Assembly (NCBI GenBank): GCA_000092065.1
Contig: CP000587.1
Origin: Ostreococcus lucimarinus
Taxonomy: Eukaryota
Direction: 5' to 3' (one strand)
DNA length: 64,000 bases
In this document: positions 1 through 10,018 of the stretch, piece by piece
How positions within the stretch are numbered: the stretch's first letter is position 1
Layout of the letters: the number at the start of each line of letters is the position of its first letter
Position numbers and translations under genes: made by a program
Notes under the pieces: model-generated
Databases searched by the model: none
What the model was told of the DNA's origin: nothing
The model's input: the letters and a program-made list of their open reading frames with translations, nothing else

Positions 1-248
1 ACGTTTTCGTGTCGCACGCGCTGCAGTATCCTCACCTCGCGCAGCGACGTCAGCGGCATCCCATCTCGCTCGCGATCCATGCGCACCTTCTTCAGCGCCA
101 CGACGTCGCCCGTCGTCTTGCACCGTCCCTTGTACACCACCCCGTACGTCCCCTCGCCGATGCGTCCGAGCTTTTCGTAATTCGTCAGCGTCGCCAGCGC
201 CGCGCGCGCGTCGCCGTCGCGCGCGTCACCGTCGTCGTCCGCGCCCAT
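1..248 (-). CDS. Cyclin-dependent kinase of the CDK10/CDK11 (PLTSLRE) type; 5' part only, gene continues beyond the window start
   Basis: Reverse-strand translation from an ATG at about 248..246 gives MGADDDGDARDGDARAALATLTNYEKLGRIGEGTYGVVYKGRCKTTGDVVALKKVRMDRERDGMPLTSLREVRILQRVRHENV. It has the kinase glycine loop GEGTYGVV, the VALKK lysine and a PLTSLRE cyclin-binding helix, closely matching the CDK10 N-terminus. It is absent from the ORF track because the ORF runs off the window edge. Confidence 0.6.
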   Translation of the reverse strand, partial: MGADDDGDARDGDARAALATLTNYEKLGRIGEGTYGVVYKGRCKTTGDVVALKKVRMDRERDGMPLTSLREVRILQRVRHEN

Positions 249-574
249 GCCGCGCGCGCCGCGGTGCGCCGCATCATCATCGCGCGCATCCGACGGCGAC
301 CGACCGATTCGTCCCGACGACCCCACGCGCGCGGTTCGCGACTCGTCGAGTCCCCGACGGGACGAACGCGCCGACGCGCGACCGGTCGCGCGCGGCAGAC
401 GCGGACGCGACGGCGCGCGACGACCGGACGCGCGGACGCGACGCGCGAGGGACGGACGGACGCGCGAACGCGCCGCGCGAGGGACGCGACGCGCGCGCGG
501 TGCGATCGACGCGACGCCGGCGCGGTGAAATCGAACGCCGGTGAAATCAATCGACGTTTCTTTGTTCCCCCGCG

Positions 575-1567
575 ATGGTGGCGGTGTTCGTCCTGGGCGC
601 GGCGACGCTGGGGACGGTGGTGATCAACGTGAAGCGAAACGCGATGAAAAAGATGTCGGGATCGATGTTTGAGGACGAAGCGCGACGCGCGGCGGCGGCG
701 AAGGAACGCGTGGATGGGATCGCGAAATTGCTGGAGGAGGTGAACGCGAAGGCGAACGCGGCGGAGGAGAAGCTGGAGGCGGCGATGCGGGAGAAGAACG
801 CGATCGAACGCGTGCTCGAGGAGATGGAGAGAACGAAGGCGAATATGAAGGTTGAGAACATGGAGTTGAGAGATTCGGTGACGGTGTTGAAGAATGATTT
901 GAACAACGCCACGGAACGACATCAATTGGTGGTGCGAAAATGGCGCGACGAGTTGGTGACGTATCGGGAGAAGAGTCCGCAAGATTTCTTGGCCGAAGTC
1001 ATCGGGTTAGTGAGTGATATGGATAACGAAGTGACGATTGAGGTCATTCCTCCCGAAGCTCCGAGAGCGGCGAAGGTGCACGAAGAAGTTCGCTTGGAGG
1101 AGTGCGAGTGGGAATACAATCCGCGCCTCGCCGTGGCGGATTCGACGCGCTTGTTGATGCTCGCCAACAGTGGACGTGTAGTCAAAAAGACTCGCGAGGA
1201 GAAGGTGAAGAAGGTGACGGGCGTCAAACCCGTCGCCTCGCCTCACAGAGCGACGACGCCCACGCGCGCGGCGCTCGGCAAGCTCACCAACACCGGCGTG
1301 CAACGCGCTCAAGGCGTCGCTCACAAGGCGGCTCGCTTGGTGCAAGCCAACCACGTGGCGAATACCCCGCCGCCGAAGGTTGCCACGTCCGATCGTTCGA
1401 TAGAGTTTGGCGAGTGCTTACTTTTCGAAAAGCAACTCAAGTCGCCCGTGCGTGCGCCCAAGATTGGCGGCGGGCGAGCGGGCGTCATCGGCGGTTTTGA
1501 AGCCGAAGACGTCATGCCGTTGCCGTCGAGTCCGGCCACCATCATGGATATCGCCATCCGTCGATAA
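575..1567 (+). CDS. Hypothetical protein with an N-terminal hydrophobic segment and a coiled-coil region
   Basis: A 330-aa ORF starting at a true ATG (MVAVFVLGAATLGTVV...). Heptad-like charged segments (EEVNAKANAAEEKLEAAMREKNAIERVLEEMERTKANMKVENMELRD). No recognisable catalytic motif; followed by an AT-rich 3' region. Confidence 0.4.
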   Translation: MVAVFVLGAATLGTVVINVKRNAMKKMSGSMFEDEARRAAAAKERVDGIAKLLEEVNAKANAAEEKLEAAMREKNAIERVLEEMERTKANMKVENMELRDSVTVLKNDLNNATERHQLVVRKWRDELVTYREKSPQDFLAEVIGLVSDMDNEVTIEVIPPEAPRAAKVHEEVRLEECEWEYNPRLAVADSTRLLMLANSGRVVKKTREEKVKKVTGVKPVASPHRATTPTRAALGKLTNTGVQRAQGVAHKAARLVQANHVANTPPPKVATSDRSIEFGECLLFEKQLKSPVRAPKIGGGRAGVIGGFEAEDVMPLPSSPATIMDIAIRR

Positions 1568-1642
1568 ATCGTCGCATGTTTCGCGTTTTCAATGTATTTT
1601 CAATTAAACGGACACTCGCTAAGTAAGTAAACGCATCATTTC

Positions 1643-4600
1643 CTACGCGGTCACGCCTTCAGCTTCAACCTTCACCTTTTTCTGCGCGCTCCCGTCGGCT
1701 TCGGCTTCGGCTTCGGCGTCTCGCTTCTTGTCGCCTCTGTCCTGAGCCTCTTTCTCGATGAGAGAAATTAAAGTCTCCACGCGGCGACCGAGCTCTTTTG
1801 GCGTTCTGCTTTTGATGAACCAATCGAATCGGAATTGCCAGTGCTGGCGAATCTGCGCCTTGAGCTCGTCCCAATTCCCAAAGCCAACTTCGGGGATGGA
1901 GCACAACAAGAACCTATCCTCCTCTTCGGTGAACGATTTGAATTTGTTCGGACCATACGTCAACTTGAGCTCGCGCCACGGATTCTTGTACTTGGCGATC
2001 TTTTCTCGTACAGCCTTCAGCATGTCGTGTTGACGCTGAATCTTTTGTTCACCCTTTTCGATGTTGCTGATGATGCGCGGATGATCGGCAATCTCTTCGT
2101 AACGTTTCCAGAATACGGCGGCGTAATCCTTGACCTCTTTGAGAGTCTTTCCTTCCATCTCACTCGCAATAGACTCCACGTCTTCGCGCCCGTACTTCTC
2201 GCTGAGTCGGCAGAAGGCTTGGAAGTCTCGGCGAGACCATTCTGTGAAACCTTGAGAGAGGAGCGATTCTTGCTCAGCCTTTTCTTCCTCCGTGATCGCC
2301 GGAGGCGCGTTGGGATCGTCTTCCTCCGCTTCAGTGGGCGCCTCCTCATCTTGCGCAGCTTTAGCTTCCTCCTTCTTCTTGTCTTTCTGCCATTCGTACG
2401 TCTTGCGTCTAACATCCTTGTCGTAAATTTCTTGAATTCGCGCGGTGTTGTAAAACTGGAAGTCGTGCATTTGCTGCAGCTTGGCAATCTTCGGTCCCAT
2501 TGGCTTGGATGGGCGAGCCGCTTGCGCCATGGCGCTGCGATAGTAATCAGACTCGTTGTAGTTCTTCTTACGTTCGCGTTTGGGAGGATCGATCCAGTTG
2601 CTGCTGATGATGGTCTTCATGTCAATGCCCTCTGGCAACGCGGCGACGTTTTTGTCGTCTTCGTCCTCGAATTCGTAAAGCGAGTTCTCGGCACCCATAG
2701 AGAACTGAATGGCCTTCTCCGTGAAACCTTGCATTTTGCTATTGAGTGCTTTGGTTTCTTCTTCACCGCGAGCCATGATGGCGTCGACATCTTCGTCCGT
2801 GATCGACGTCGTCGACGAGTCGAAAATCTTCTCGGCGCCAAAGCGAACCATCGCCAAGAGTTCATCCTTGCCGAGGTTCTTCTTGTTCTCTTGCAATCGT
2901 CCTTGTTGAATGACGAGAGCATCGAGCGCGAGTTTCTTGTACGCTTTCTCGATCACCTTCTCCTCGACGCTACCGTCGGTGCAAAAGCGGAACACTTGTA
3001 CCTCCTTCTTTTGACCGATGCGGTGCGCTCGATCCATCGCCTGAAGATCCATTTGCGGGTTCCAGTCGCTGTCGTAGATGATGACGGTGTCCGCAGTGGC
3101 GAGGTTAATACCTAAACCACCCGCCCGCGTGGAAAGCAAGAAACAGAACTTCTCCGAACCTTCCTTGTTGAAGGCGTCAATGTGGTCTTCGCGGACGGCG
3201 CCATCCGTGCTCCCGTCGATGCGACAATATTGGTAGTTTCTGTACATCAAGTAATCTTCCAAGATGTCGAGCAAACGAGTCATCTGAGAGAAGATCAGCA
3301 CACGACTGCCGCGTTGCATGAGACGAGGCAAAAGCTTGTCCAAAAGCGCGAGCTTACCCGAGCTCTCGATGAGGTGATCCCCGGTGATGTACGGCGGACC
3401 CGGTTCGGCACCTTGGAACAAGTACGGATGGTTGCAGCACTTGCGAAGCTGCATGACGATATTCAAAAGCCGAGATCTATCCGCGCCACTGTTAACAATG
3501 TCGATGTCCTTTTGCAAGATGCGCTTGTAAAACGTTTTTTGCATCTCAGTCATGCCAATCTTGAGAATTGTCTCCTTCTTCGGCGGGAGGCTGGTTTCGA
3601 CCTCCGTCTTCAATCGACGCAACAAGAAGGGGCGTAAAACCTTGTGAAGCTGAGACACGACGGCACCGGAACCACCCTCACCGTCTTCAACGTTCGCAAA
3701 CCACTCATCGAACTGACCGGCGTTACCGAACACTTCGGGGAGCAAAAAGTTGAGCAAAGCCCAGAGCTCGTGAAGGTTGTTTTGAAGCGGCGTCCCGGTG
3801 ATCAACATGCGGTTGTTCGCCGAAAACGTTCTTAGGACGATGGAAAGACGAGAATTTTCATTCTTCAAGCGGTGCGCTTCGTCGATGATGATGTAACGCC
3901 AGTGAAACTTCTTCAACGCAGTCTTCTCCTTGATGACCATTTCGTAAGACGTCACGCACACGTCGAAACCGCCCGGCACCAAAAACTTGGCCTTTTGCGC
4001 CTCGCGCTCTTCGGCGTTTCCGTGAAACTTGAACGTGCGAATCATCGGACACCAACGCTTAAACTCGTTCATCCAGTTACCGAGCGTGGATTTCGGCACG
4101 ACAACCATGTGCGGTCCGGTAACACCCCGGTATTCGGCGAGGTAACCGAGAAGAGAAATCGTCTGCAACGTCTTCCCGAGACCCATCTCGTCCGCCAAGA
4201 TGCCGTTGATGCCGTGATCGAACAATCGAATCATCCAGTTCAAACCCGCAATTTGGTACTCTCGCATCTTGCCAAACTTAATGCACGTCGGTTGAGACGT
4301 CAAACGCACCGCTTGGTAATCCTCAGCGTGTTCCACGAGCTCGGCGTCCTCCGACTCCTCCGCCGCGTGGCTCTTGTTGCGCCCGCGCTTGCCCTTGTTC
4401 GCCGCCTCGTTCGCCGCCTTCGTCCCCGACAAAAAGTGCGCGAAGACCTCGGTTTGCGCCAACAAAAACTTCCACTTCCCCGCCTTATTATCTCCCGCAA
4501 TCTTCTTGTTCTGATCCTCTCGCACGCGTTCGAGCTCCATCGTCTGTTGCCGCTTCAACTCTCGCAGCCGCTCGCGCTCCGCCTTGGCCACCTCCTTCAC

Positions 4601-5031
4601 CGGCGATTTCACCCCCTGCGTCGCGAATCGCGCGCGCGTCCTCGTCAGTCTTCGCTCTCACCCATTTTTTCTTCCCGCGCCCGCTCGCCCTCGATCGCCC
4701 ATCCCTCGATCGTCCTCGTCGTCGCTCGCGCGCGTTCGAACGGGTCAACCGCGCGCGCGTCGTCGCCGCGGATCTCCACGATCTCGATCCCTCCCCATCC
4801 TCTTCTCTTCCCGCGTTCCCATCGCGCGCCGCGTCGTAATCCGCGTCGCCACGAACGCACCCCATCCCCAGCCGCGTCGTAATCCGCATCGCTGTCGTAC
4901 GACCGCTCGCTCGCGTCGCCGTCGTCGTCGCTCGCGTCGCTCGGCGCGTCCTCGAACGCGATGGCGTCCTCGGGGTCGACGTGTTCGTCCACCGCGTCGC
5001 CGGAGGCCGCGCCGTGCGTCGCGGACGTCAT
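1643..5031 (-). CDS. ISWI: ISWI-type SNF2 chromatin-remodelling ATPase (HAND-SANT-SLIDE), two exons
   Basis: Exon 2 (1643..4615) carries DEAH-box helicase motifs (ILADEMGLGKTLQT, DEAHRLKN, LLITGTPLQNNLHELWALLNFLLP, NIVMQLRKCCNHPYLF) and a C-terminal SANT/SLIDE region. The track ORF begins with GTG (not a real start) directly after a 3' splice site (cgcag|GGGGTGAAATCG). An upstream exon (4861..5031, ATG at 5031) encodes the acidic N-terminus MTSATHGAASGDAVDEHVDPEDAIAFEDAPSDASDDDGDASERSYDSDADYDAAGDG and ends at a GTGCGTTCG donor. The intron is 4616..4860, with branch motif AGACTGACGAGG 28 nt from the AG. Confidence 0.8.
4616..4860 (-). other. Intron of the ISWI gene (245 nt, GTGCGT...CGCAG)
   Basis: GTGCGTTCG donor on the minus strand at 4860 and GACTGAC branch at about 4650..4644. 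The CGCAG acceptor at 4617..4616 places both flanking exons in phase 0. Confidence 0.6.
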
Positions 5032-5133
5032 CGCGCGCGAGACGCTCGAGATCGATCGGTCGCTCGGCGCGTCGCGCGGGCGTCTGCGCGCGCGCGTCGC
5101 GACGCGATCGACGCGACGCGATCGACCGCGCGT

Positions 5134-5190
5134 GGTCCGTGTGTGCGACTGGTCCGTGTGTGCGACTGGTCCGTGTGTGCGACTGGTCCG
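5134..5190. repeat. Tandem repeat, 17-bp unit GGTCCGTGTGTGCGACT x3 plus a partial copy
   Basis: Three perfect copies read directly from the sequence in the ISWI/SulP divergent intergenic region, about 35 bp upstream of a TATTTAAG motif. Confidence 0.9.
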
Positions 5191-5222
5191 CGCGCGAGGC
5201 CACCGCGTGACGCCGTGCGTCG

Positions 5223-5230
5223 TATTTAAG
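5223..5230 (+). promoter_or_regulatory. TATA-like element (TATTTAAG) upstream of the SulP gene
   Basis: The only AT-rich octamer in an otherwise GC-rich intergenic region, about 110 bp upstream of the first in-frame ATG of the SulP ORF. Confidence 0.3.
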
Positions 5231-5336
5231 GTGACGTTTGCGCCGTGTGATAAAAAACGGCCGCGTCCGCGTGCGACTCGTCGCGCGGGCGACGCGCGCG
5301 CGACGCGCGGGGCGACGCGCGACGGCGACGCGCGCG

Positions 5337-7115
5337 ATGACGACGACGGCGACGACGACGACGGCGACGGCGGCGGCGACGGCGACGCGTCGCGTCGCGC
5401 GCGCGCGAACGGCGACGCGCGTCGTCGTCGGCGGGCGCGACCGACGGTTGGGCGCGACGCGCGCGACGGCGCCGGCGCGCGCGACGGCGACGGCGCGCGC
5501 GACGGCGCGCGACGGACGCGAGATCGCGGACGTCGCGCGCGAGGCGGCGACGCAGGCGCTGAGCGGGATCACGGTGTCGCTGGCGATGGTGCCGGAATCG
5601 CTGGCGTTCACGTTCGTCGCGGGGACGACGCCGATCGTCGGCTTGCACGCGGCGGCGCTGATGGGGCTGTGCACGGCGGCGCTGGGCGCGCAGCCGGGGG
5701 TGATCTCGGGCGCGGCGGGAGCGACGGCGGTGGTGATCGCGCCGCTCGTGGCGTCGCACGGGGTGGAGTACTTGTTCGCGTGCGTGGCGCTCGCGGGCGC
5801 GGCGCAGGCGGCGTGCGGCGCGCTGCGGTTGGGGAAATTCATCAGGCTCGTGCCGCAGCCGTGCATGATCGGATTCGTCAATGGATTGGCGATCGTGATC
5901 GGGAAGTCGCAGCTGGAGACGTTCGTCGGGCTGACGGGGACGACGCTCGCGACGACGATCGGGCTCACGGCGTTTACGATGGCGCTCATCAAACTGCTGC
6001 CGAGGGCGTCGTTCGCGCCCAAGGGTGTTCCGGCGCCGTTGTTGGCCATCGCGTCGTGCGCGACGCTGACGAATGTGATGAAAATCGCGACGAAGACGGT
6101 GGGCGACGTCGCGCCCGTGAGCGGGGCGTTGCCGTCGTTTCACATTCCAAACGTTCCGGCGAGCTTGGAAACGCTCGCCGTCATCGCGCCTTACGCGTTA
6201 TCCGTCGCCGCGGTGGGCTTGATCGAGACCTTGCTCACCCAACAACTCGTAGATGACATCACCGAGCGACGGACGGCGACGCACACCGAGTGCATCGCGC
6301 AAGGCGTTGGAAATATGGTGAACGGCGCGTTCGGGGCGATGGGCGGGTGCGCCATGATCGGGCAGTCGATGATCAACGTCAATTCCGGTGGTCGCACGCG
6401 CGTGGCCGGGATCACGTGCGCGCTCGCGATTTTAAGTTACGTCACCTTTGGCGCTTCGTTCATCGAACGCATTCCCATGGCCGCTTTAACGGGGACGATG
6501 TTATGCTTGGTTTTCGATATTTTCGATTGGACGTCGTTTTCGCGAGTGAAAAAGATTCCCAAGACCGACGCCGTCGTTTTGCTGCTCGTCACCGGCGTCA
6601 CAGTGGTGACAAACTTGGCGGTCGCCGTGTTCGCTGGCGTCGTCTTGTCCGCGCTCGGTTTCGCTTGGAAATCTTCTCAGCGCATCGACGTCGTGCGCTC
6701 GCGAACGAGTTCCTCCGAGACGCTGTGCGAGTTGTACGGACCGCTCTTTTTCGGTTCGGTGCAAAGCTTCGCGGACAAGCTCGATCCGCGCGACGAGGAA
6801 CTCGATCGAGTGGTGCTAGACTTCGCCCATAGCAAAGTGTGGGATTCTTCTGCGCTCGTCGCCATCGATGAGTTGGCGGAAAAGTACCGAAACTGCGGTA
6901 AGACGCTCACGCTCCGTCACTTGTCGCCGGATTGCGCAAAATTGCTGAAGAAGGGAGGCGACTTGGTCGAAGTCGACGTCGACACGGATCCCGTGTACGC
7001 GGTCGCGGCGAATTTGGACGCAGAGACGCTGTCCGCCGTCACGAAGACGTTGGGTGGACGGAAAGGACTTTCGCTGGCGGAGGAAAATGCGTTGAAGCGA
7101 CAGTATTTGCGTTGA
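5337..7115 (+). CDS. SulP-family sulfate permease with C-terminal STAS domain, probably plastid-targeted
   Basis: The track ORF (5238..7115) starts with TTG; the first in-frame ATG is at about 5337. The N-terminus is T/A/R-rich (MTTTATTTTATAAATATRRVARARTATR...), which looks like a transit peptide. SulP core motifs follow (ITVSLAMVPESLAFTFVAG...), then a STAS-like C-terminus (ELYGPLFFGSVQSFADKLD...LRHLSPDCAKLLKKGG). Confidence 0.8.
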   Translation: MTTTATTTTATAAATATRRVARARTATRVVVGGRDRRLGATRATAPARATATARATARDGREIADVAREAATQALSGITVSLAMVPESLAFTFVAGTTPIVGLHAAALMGLCTAALGAQPGVISGAAGATAVVIAPLVASHGVEYLFACVALAGAAQAACGALRLGKFIRLVPQPCMIGFVNGLAIVIGKSQLETFVGLTGTTLATTIGLTAFTMALIKLLPRASFAPKGVPAPLLAIASCATLTNVMKIATKTVGDVAPVSGALPSFHIPNVPASLETLAVIAPYALSVAAVGLIETLLTQQLVDDITERRTATHTECIAQGVGNMVNGAFGAMGGCAMIGQSMINVNSGGRTRVAGITCALAILSYVTFGASFIERIPMAALTGTMLCLVFDIFDWTSFSRVKKIPKTDAVVLLLVTGVTVVTNLAVAVFAGVVLSALGFAWKSSQRIDVVRSRTSSSETLCELYGPLFFGSVQSFADKLDPRDEELDRVVLDFAHSKVWDSSALVAIDELAEKYRNCGKTLTLRHLSPDCAKLLKKGGDLVEVDVDTDPVYAVAANLDAETLSAVTKTLGGRKGLSLAEENALKRQYLR

Positions 7116-7139
7116 TGATCTTGCCTATCTATTGTACAT

Positions 7140-8372
7140 CTAAGTTTTGAGTTTCTCTTTCTTTTGTCTATCTTGAATCCGAGCTGGATCGTTTCGTTTT
7201 TTCGTGCTAAATCTTCCCACGCCGTCTTCGTAGTGGTGCCTGTCACTCTTCACAATCTGCACCACGTCCTCGTCTTCCAAGTCGTGCTTGAGTCCGACGC
7301 GTTGGCCGTAGTGCTTCGGCGACGTGCCCCAGACCAAGGCGTACTTGAGCTGCCGAGGCAAATCCGCGTGAAGCTGCGCGCAGAAGTGTTTGACCGCGAT
7401 GCCACCGCGAGAATCACTCAGAACGACCGGCTCCTCGAAATCGGGCTTCGTCCCCATCTTTTTCGTGTACACGCGCACCAATCCCATGGCGTCCCACACG
7501 CGCTTCAGCAAGTAGTCCATCCCAAGATTCATGTAGCACGAGATGCAGACGGAATCTGGTCGTCGCGAAAGTGTGTTCACTTCCTCGATCGTCAACGCGT
7601 CCACCTTGTTGTACACGTACAAACAGCGCACGTACTTTCTATTCCCTTCCAAGACGTCGATGAGTTGGTCGACGTCGCAGTCCTCTCGAAACAGCACTTC
7701 GGCGTGGTGTATCTTGTACTCTTGCAACACCCGAATCACCGTCTTTTCGTCAATTTTCGTCAGCCCGCCAGGAACGGTGGAATTCAGCTGCACTCCACCC
7801 GCCTTTTTCTTCTTCCAGTAAATCCCCGGCGGCTTTTTATTCAACCGCAATCCGACGGCTTCGAGCTCGCGCGTGAGAATGTCCTTGTGCGCGTATCGCG
7901 AATTCGCCGCCTCCGACTTGCACGCATCCAGCACCATGAGAATCAAATCCGACGACTTGGCCACCGCGATAACTTGTCGTCCGCGTCCCTTACCCTCGCT
8001 CGCGCCTTCTATGATTCCAGGTAAATCCAGAAGCTGTATCTTCGCGTCGTTGTAGTGAATCACGCCGGGTATGCACGTCAGCGTGGTGAACTCGTACGCC
8101 GCCGCTTCGCTCTCCGTGCCCGTCAATTGGCTCAACAGCGTCGATTTCCCGACGGATGGAAATCCAATCAGCGCCACGCGCCCGTGCCCGTATTTCACGA
8201 CGTCGAAACCTTCGCCCGGGCCGCTTCCGGCCGCTTTCGGCGGGTTCAAGAGCTCCGACCGAAGCTTGCACAGGCGCGCCTTGAGCGCGCCCAGGTGCGA
8301 ACTCGTGGCTTTATTCTTCTGCGTGCGCGACATCTCGAGCTCGATGTCCTTGATTCGCTCCAAGATACCCAT
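7140..8372 (-). CDS. DRG: Developmentally regulated GTP-binding protein (DRG; Obg-family GTPase with TGS domain)
   Basis: A 410-aa protein: MGILERIKDIELEMSRTQKNKATSSHLGALKARLCKLRSELL, G1 motif GFPSVGKSTLL, DLPGIIEGA and a C-terminal TGS region. Near full-length match to eukaryotic DRG1/2. Confidence 0.9.
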   Translation of the reverse strand: MGILERIKDIELEMSRTQKNKATSSHLGALKARLCKLRSELLNPPKAAGSGPGEGFDVVKYGHGRVALIGFPSVGKSTLLSQLTGTESEAAAYEFTTLTCIPGVIHYNDAKIQLLDLPGIIEGASEGKGRGRQVIAVAKSSDLILMVLDACKSEAANSRYAHKDILTRELEAVGLRLNKKPPGIYWKKKKAGGVQLNSTVPGGLTKIDEKTVIRVLQEYKIHHAEVLFREDCDVDQLIDVLEGNRKYVRCLYVYNKVDALTIEEVNTLSRRPDSVCISCYMNLGMDYLLKRVWDAMGLVRVYTKKMGTKPDFEEPVVLSDSRGGIAVKHFCAQLHADLPRQLKYALVWGTSPKHYGQRVGLKHDLEDEDVVQIVKSDRHHYEDGVGRFSTKKRNDPARIQDRQKKEKLKT

Positions 8373-8595
8373 GGTGCGAGAGGTTCAAGGGGGAGACGCG
8401 GCGAACGCGCTCGCGCCGCGTTGTGGCGAACGCGCGAGCGGGACGAGCGACCGCGACCATCGCGAAACCGCGACGAGCGTACCGATGACGACAGACGGTA
8501 ATTATTGTACAAGTACACTGAAAACTACTACTATTTCGTGCGCGTCCTCGCTCGCACGGTGCGAGCGCTCGCGCCGCGGATTCGGCGCCTCGCCG

Positions 8596-9153
8596 TCAGC
8601 CGCCGCCGTCCGCCGCTTCCTTCTCGGCGCGCTTCTTCGCCCGCTGTCTCGCCTTCGCCCCCAAGCGCGTCTTCGACCGCACTTTCTTCCGCACTTTTCC
8701 ATCGCGCACCGCCGCACCGCTATCCCTCTTTTTCCCGCTTCCCTTTTCGTCTCCGCTCGCCCTCGTCCCCGTCGTCTTCGCGAACGCCCAGTCCGCCGGA
8801 TGCGAGAACCAACAATCCGCCTTCGCGCACGCCGATCCGTACGAGCACGCCGCGATTTTCTTCTCCGCGTGTCCATCCCACGCCTTGGCGTGTTCGATCA
8901 CGACGTGCTTGCCGTCGAGATAGTTTTTCGGATGCGCGTTGTAACGCAGCACGCACTCGCGCGCCTCTTTGTTTTTGCGAAAGTTGACGAACGCGAAGCC
9001 CTTGCACTCGCCCTGGGCGTCTTTGCTCATCCACACGCGCTCGATGGTGCCGGCGTCTTTCAATAACTCGCGAACGCTCGCCTCGGTGGCGGAGCGCGGG
9101 AGGTACCTGAGGTACACCTCGGTCCTGTCGACTTCACGTTCGCTCGCCGCCAT
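8596..9153 (-). CDS. Small RNA-binding protein with an RRM followed by a CCCH-like Cys/His cluster
   Basis: A true ATG at about 9153 (MAASEREVDRTEVYLRYLPRSATEASVRELLKDAGTIERVWMSKDAQGECKGFAFVNFRK). This has the RNP-1-like KGFAFVNF, followed by CSYGSACAKADCWFSHP. The upstream part of the track ORF (8596..9600) is low-complexity and not supported. Confidence 0.55.
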   Translation of the reverse strand: MAASEREVDRTEVYLRYLPRSATEASVRELLKDAGTIERVWMSKDAQGECKGFAFVNFRKNKEARECVLRYNAHPKNYLDGKHVVIEHAKAWDGHAEKKIAACSYGSACAKADCWFSHPADWAFAKTTGTRASGDEKGSGKKRDSGAAVRDGKVRKKVRSKTRLGAKARQRAKKRAEKEAADGGG

Positions 9154-9275
9154 GGCGAGTCGAACAGTGCGGCGCGGGGGGCCGCGCGCCGACGCTCGCC
9201 GATGGTGTTCTAAGTGACTATTACAAACTAATTTACGATCGAACGAGCGTTTGAGGAACGGGTCACGATCCTTTC

Positions 9276-10013
9276 TCATTCGTCCATGCGCGGCGACGAG
9301 ACGAAAAAGCCGTCGCTGTCGAAGAGGCGCTCCATCGAGCTCGCGCGCGCGATGTTCAACGTTTCGGCGAAAGCCTCGTCGTCGTACCCTTTGGCGTCGA
9401 TCGTCATCCCCGTGAACGAGCCGTCGACGCCCGAGAGACTTTGTAAAAACTCCTTCGACGCGCTGTCGAGATGCGGACCCCTGGGCGTGCTGAGCGTCGA
9501 CGTCAACTCTTCGTTTCGCGCGCGCAACTCTTCGTACTCGGCGCGCAACGCCTCCACCTCCGCGGACAGCGCGTTCACCCTCGTCAACGTCTCCTCGCAC
9601 GTCTGCTCTAACTCCACCATTCTCCGCATCTTCTTCATCCTCGATTTGGCCGCCGACAACCGATTCGCCTGCATCCTCCTCTCTCTCTTCTCCTCCTCCG
9701 TCGTCGTCCCCCCGTTCGCCCCCCTCGGCTCCTCGAGCACCGTGCGCAGCGACGGCTCGTGCGCGTCCGCCTGCGAGTACGACCGCGCCCGCGCGTGATG
9801 CGCCGGCGCCCCGATCACCGTCGGCGGCAATCCCTGCCGCGCGCTCGTCTCGCGCCCCTTATCGCTCCCGCCTCGTCCCGCCTCGCGCGCCCACGCGCTC
9901 GTCTGCGCGCTCTCCAGGCTCTCGCTCAGCGACCGCTCGTGTCTCGGCGCCCCCCACTCGCGCTCGCCGTTCGCCTCCGCGCGCGGGCTCGCGAGCGGCG
10001 ATATCTCCGACAT
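9276..10013 (-). CDS. bZIP transcription factor
   Basis: Basic region plus leucine zipper: EEEKRERRMQANRLSAAKSRMKKMRRMVELEQTCEETLTRVNALSAEVEALRAEYEELRARNEEL. The likely start is the ATG at about 10013 (MSEISPLASPRAE...). The track ORF extension to 10235 is a translation of a (CGTT)n microsatellite (TNERTNER). Confidence 0.65.
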   Translation of the reverse strand: MSEISPLASPRAEANGEREWGAPRHERSLSESLESAQTSAWAREAGRGGSDKGRETSARQGLPPTVIGAPAHHARARSYSQADAHEPSLRTVLEEPRGANGGTTTEEEKRERRMQANRLSAAKSRMKKMRRMVELEQTCEETLTRVNALSAEVEALRAEYEELRARNEELTSTLSTPRGPHLDSASKEFLQSLSGVDGSFTGMTIDAKGYDDEAFAETLNIARASSMERLFDSDGFFVSSPRMDE

Positions 10014-10018
10014 CCCTC

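Noticed and set aside
4610-4612. Track start codons of the ISWI (4612), SulP (5238), hydrolase (27745), YeiH (27932), EF-G (44878), thioesterase (45695) and DPM1 (51386) ORFs.
   Set aside because: They are GTG/TTG codons (bacterial-table starts used by the ORF finder). In a eukaryotic nuclear gene they are not initiation codons. The real starts are downstream ATGs or upstream exons.
4745-6256. Long antisense or alternative-frame ORFs made of R/A/G-rich low-complexity protein (4745..6049 -, 4961..6256 +, 5226..6143 -). Similar ones are at 45052..46320 -, 45716..46816 -, 24814..26307 -, 58077..59358 - and 18501..20804 -.
   Set aside because: They overlap well-supported genes on the other strand or frame. 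They have no motifs and Arg/Ala/Gly-dominated composition, as expected for open frames in 65% GC DNA. They are treated as artefacts.
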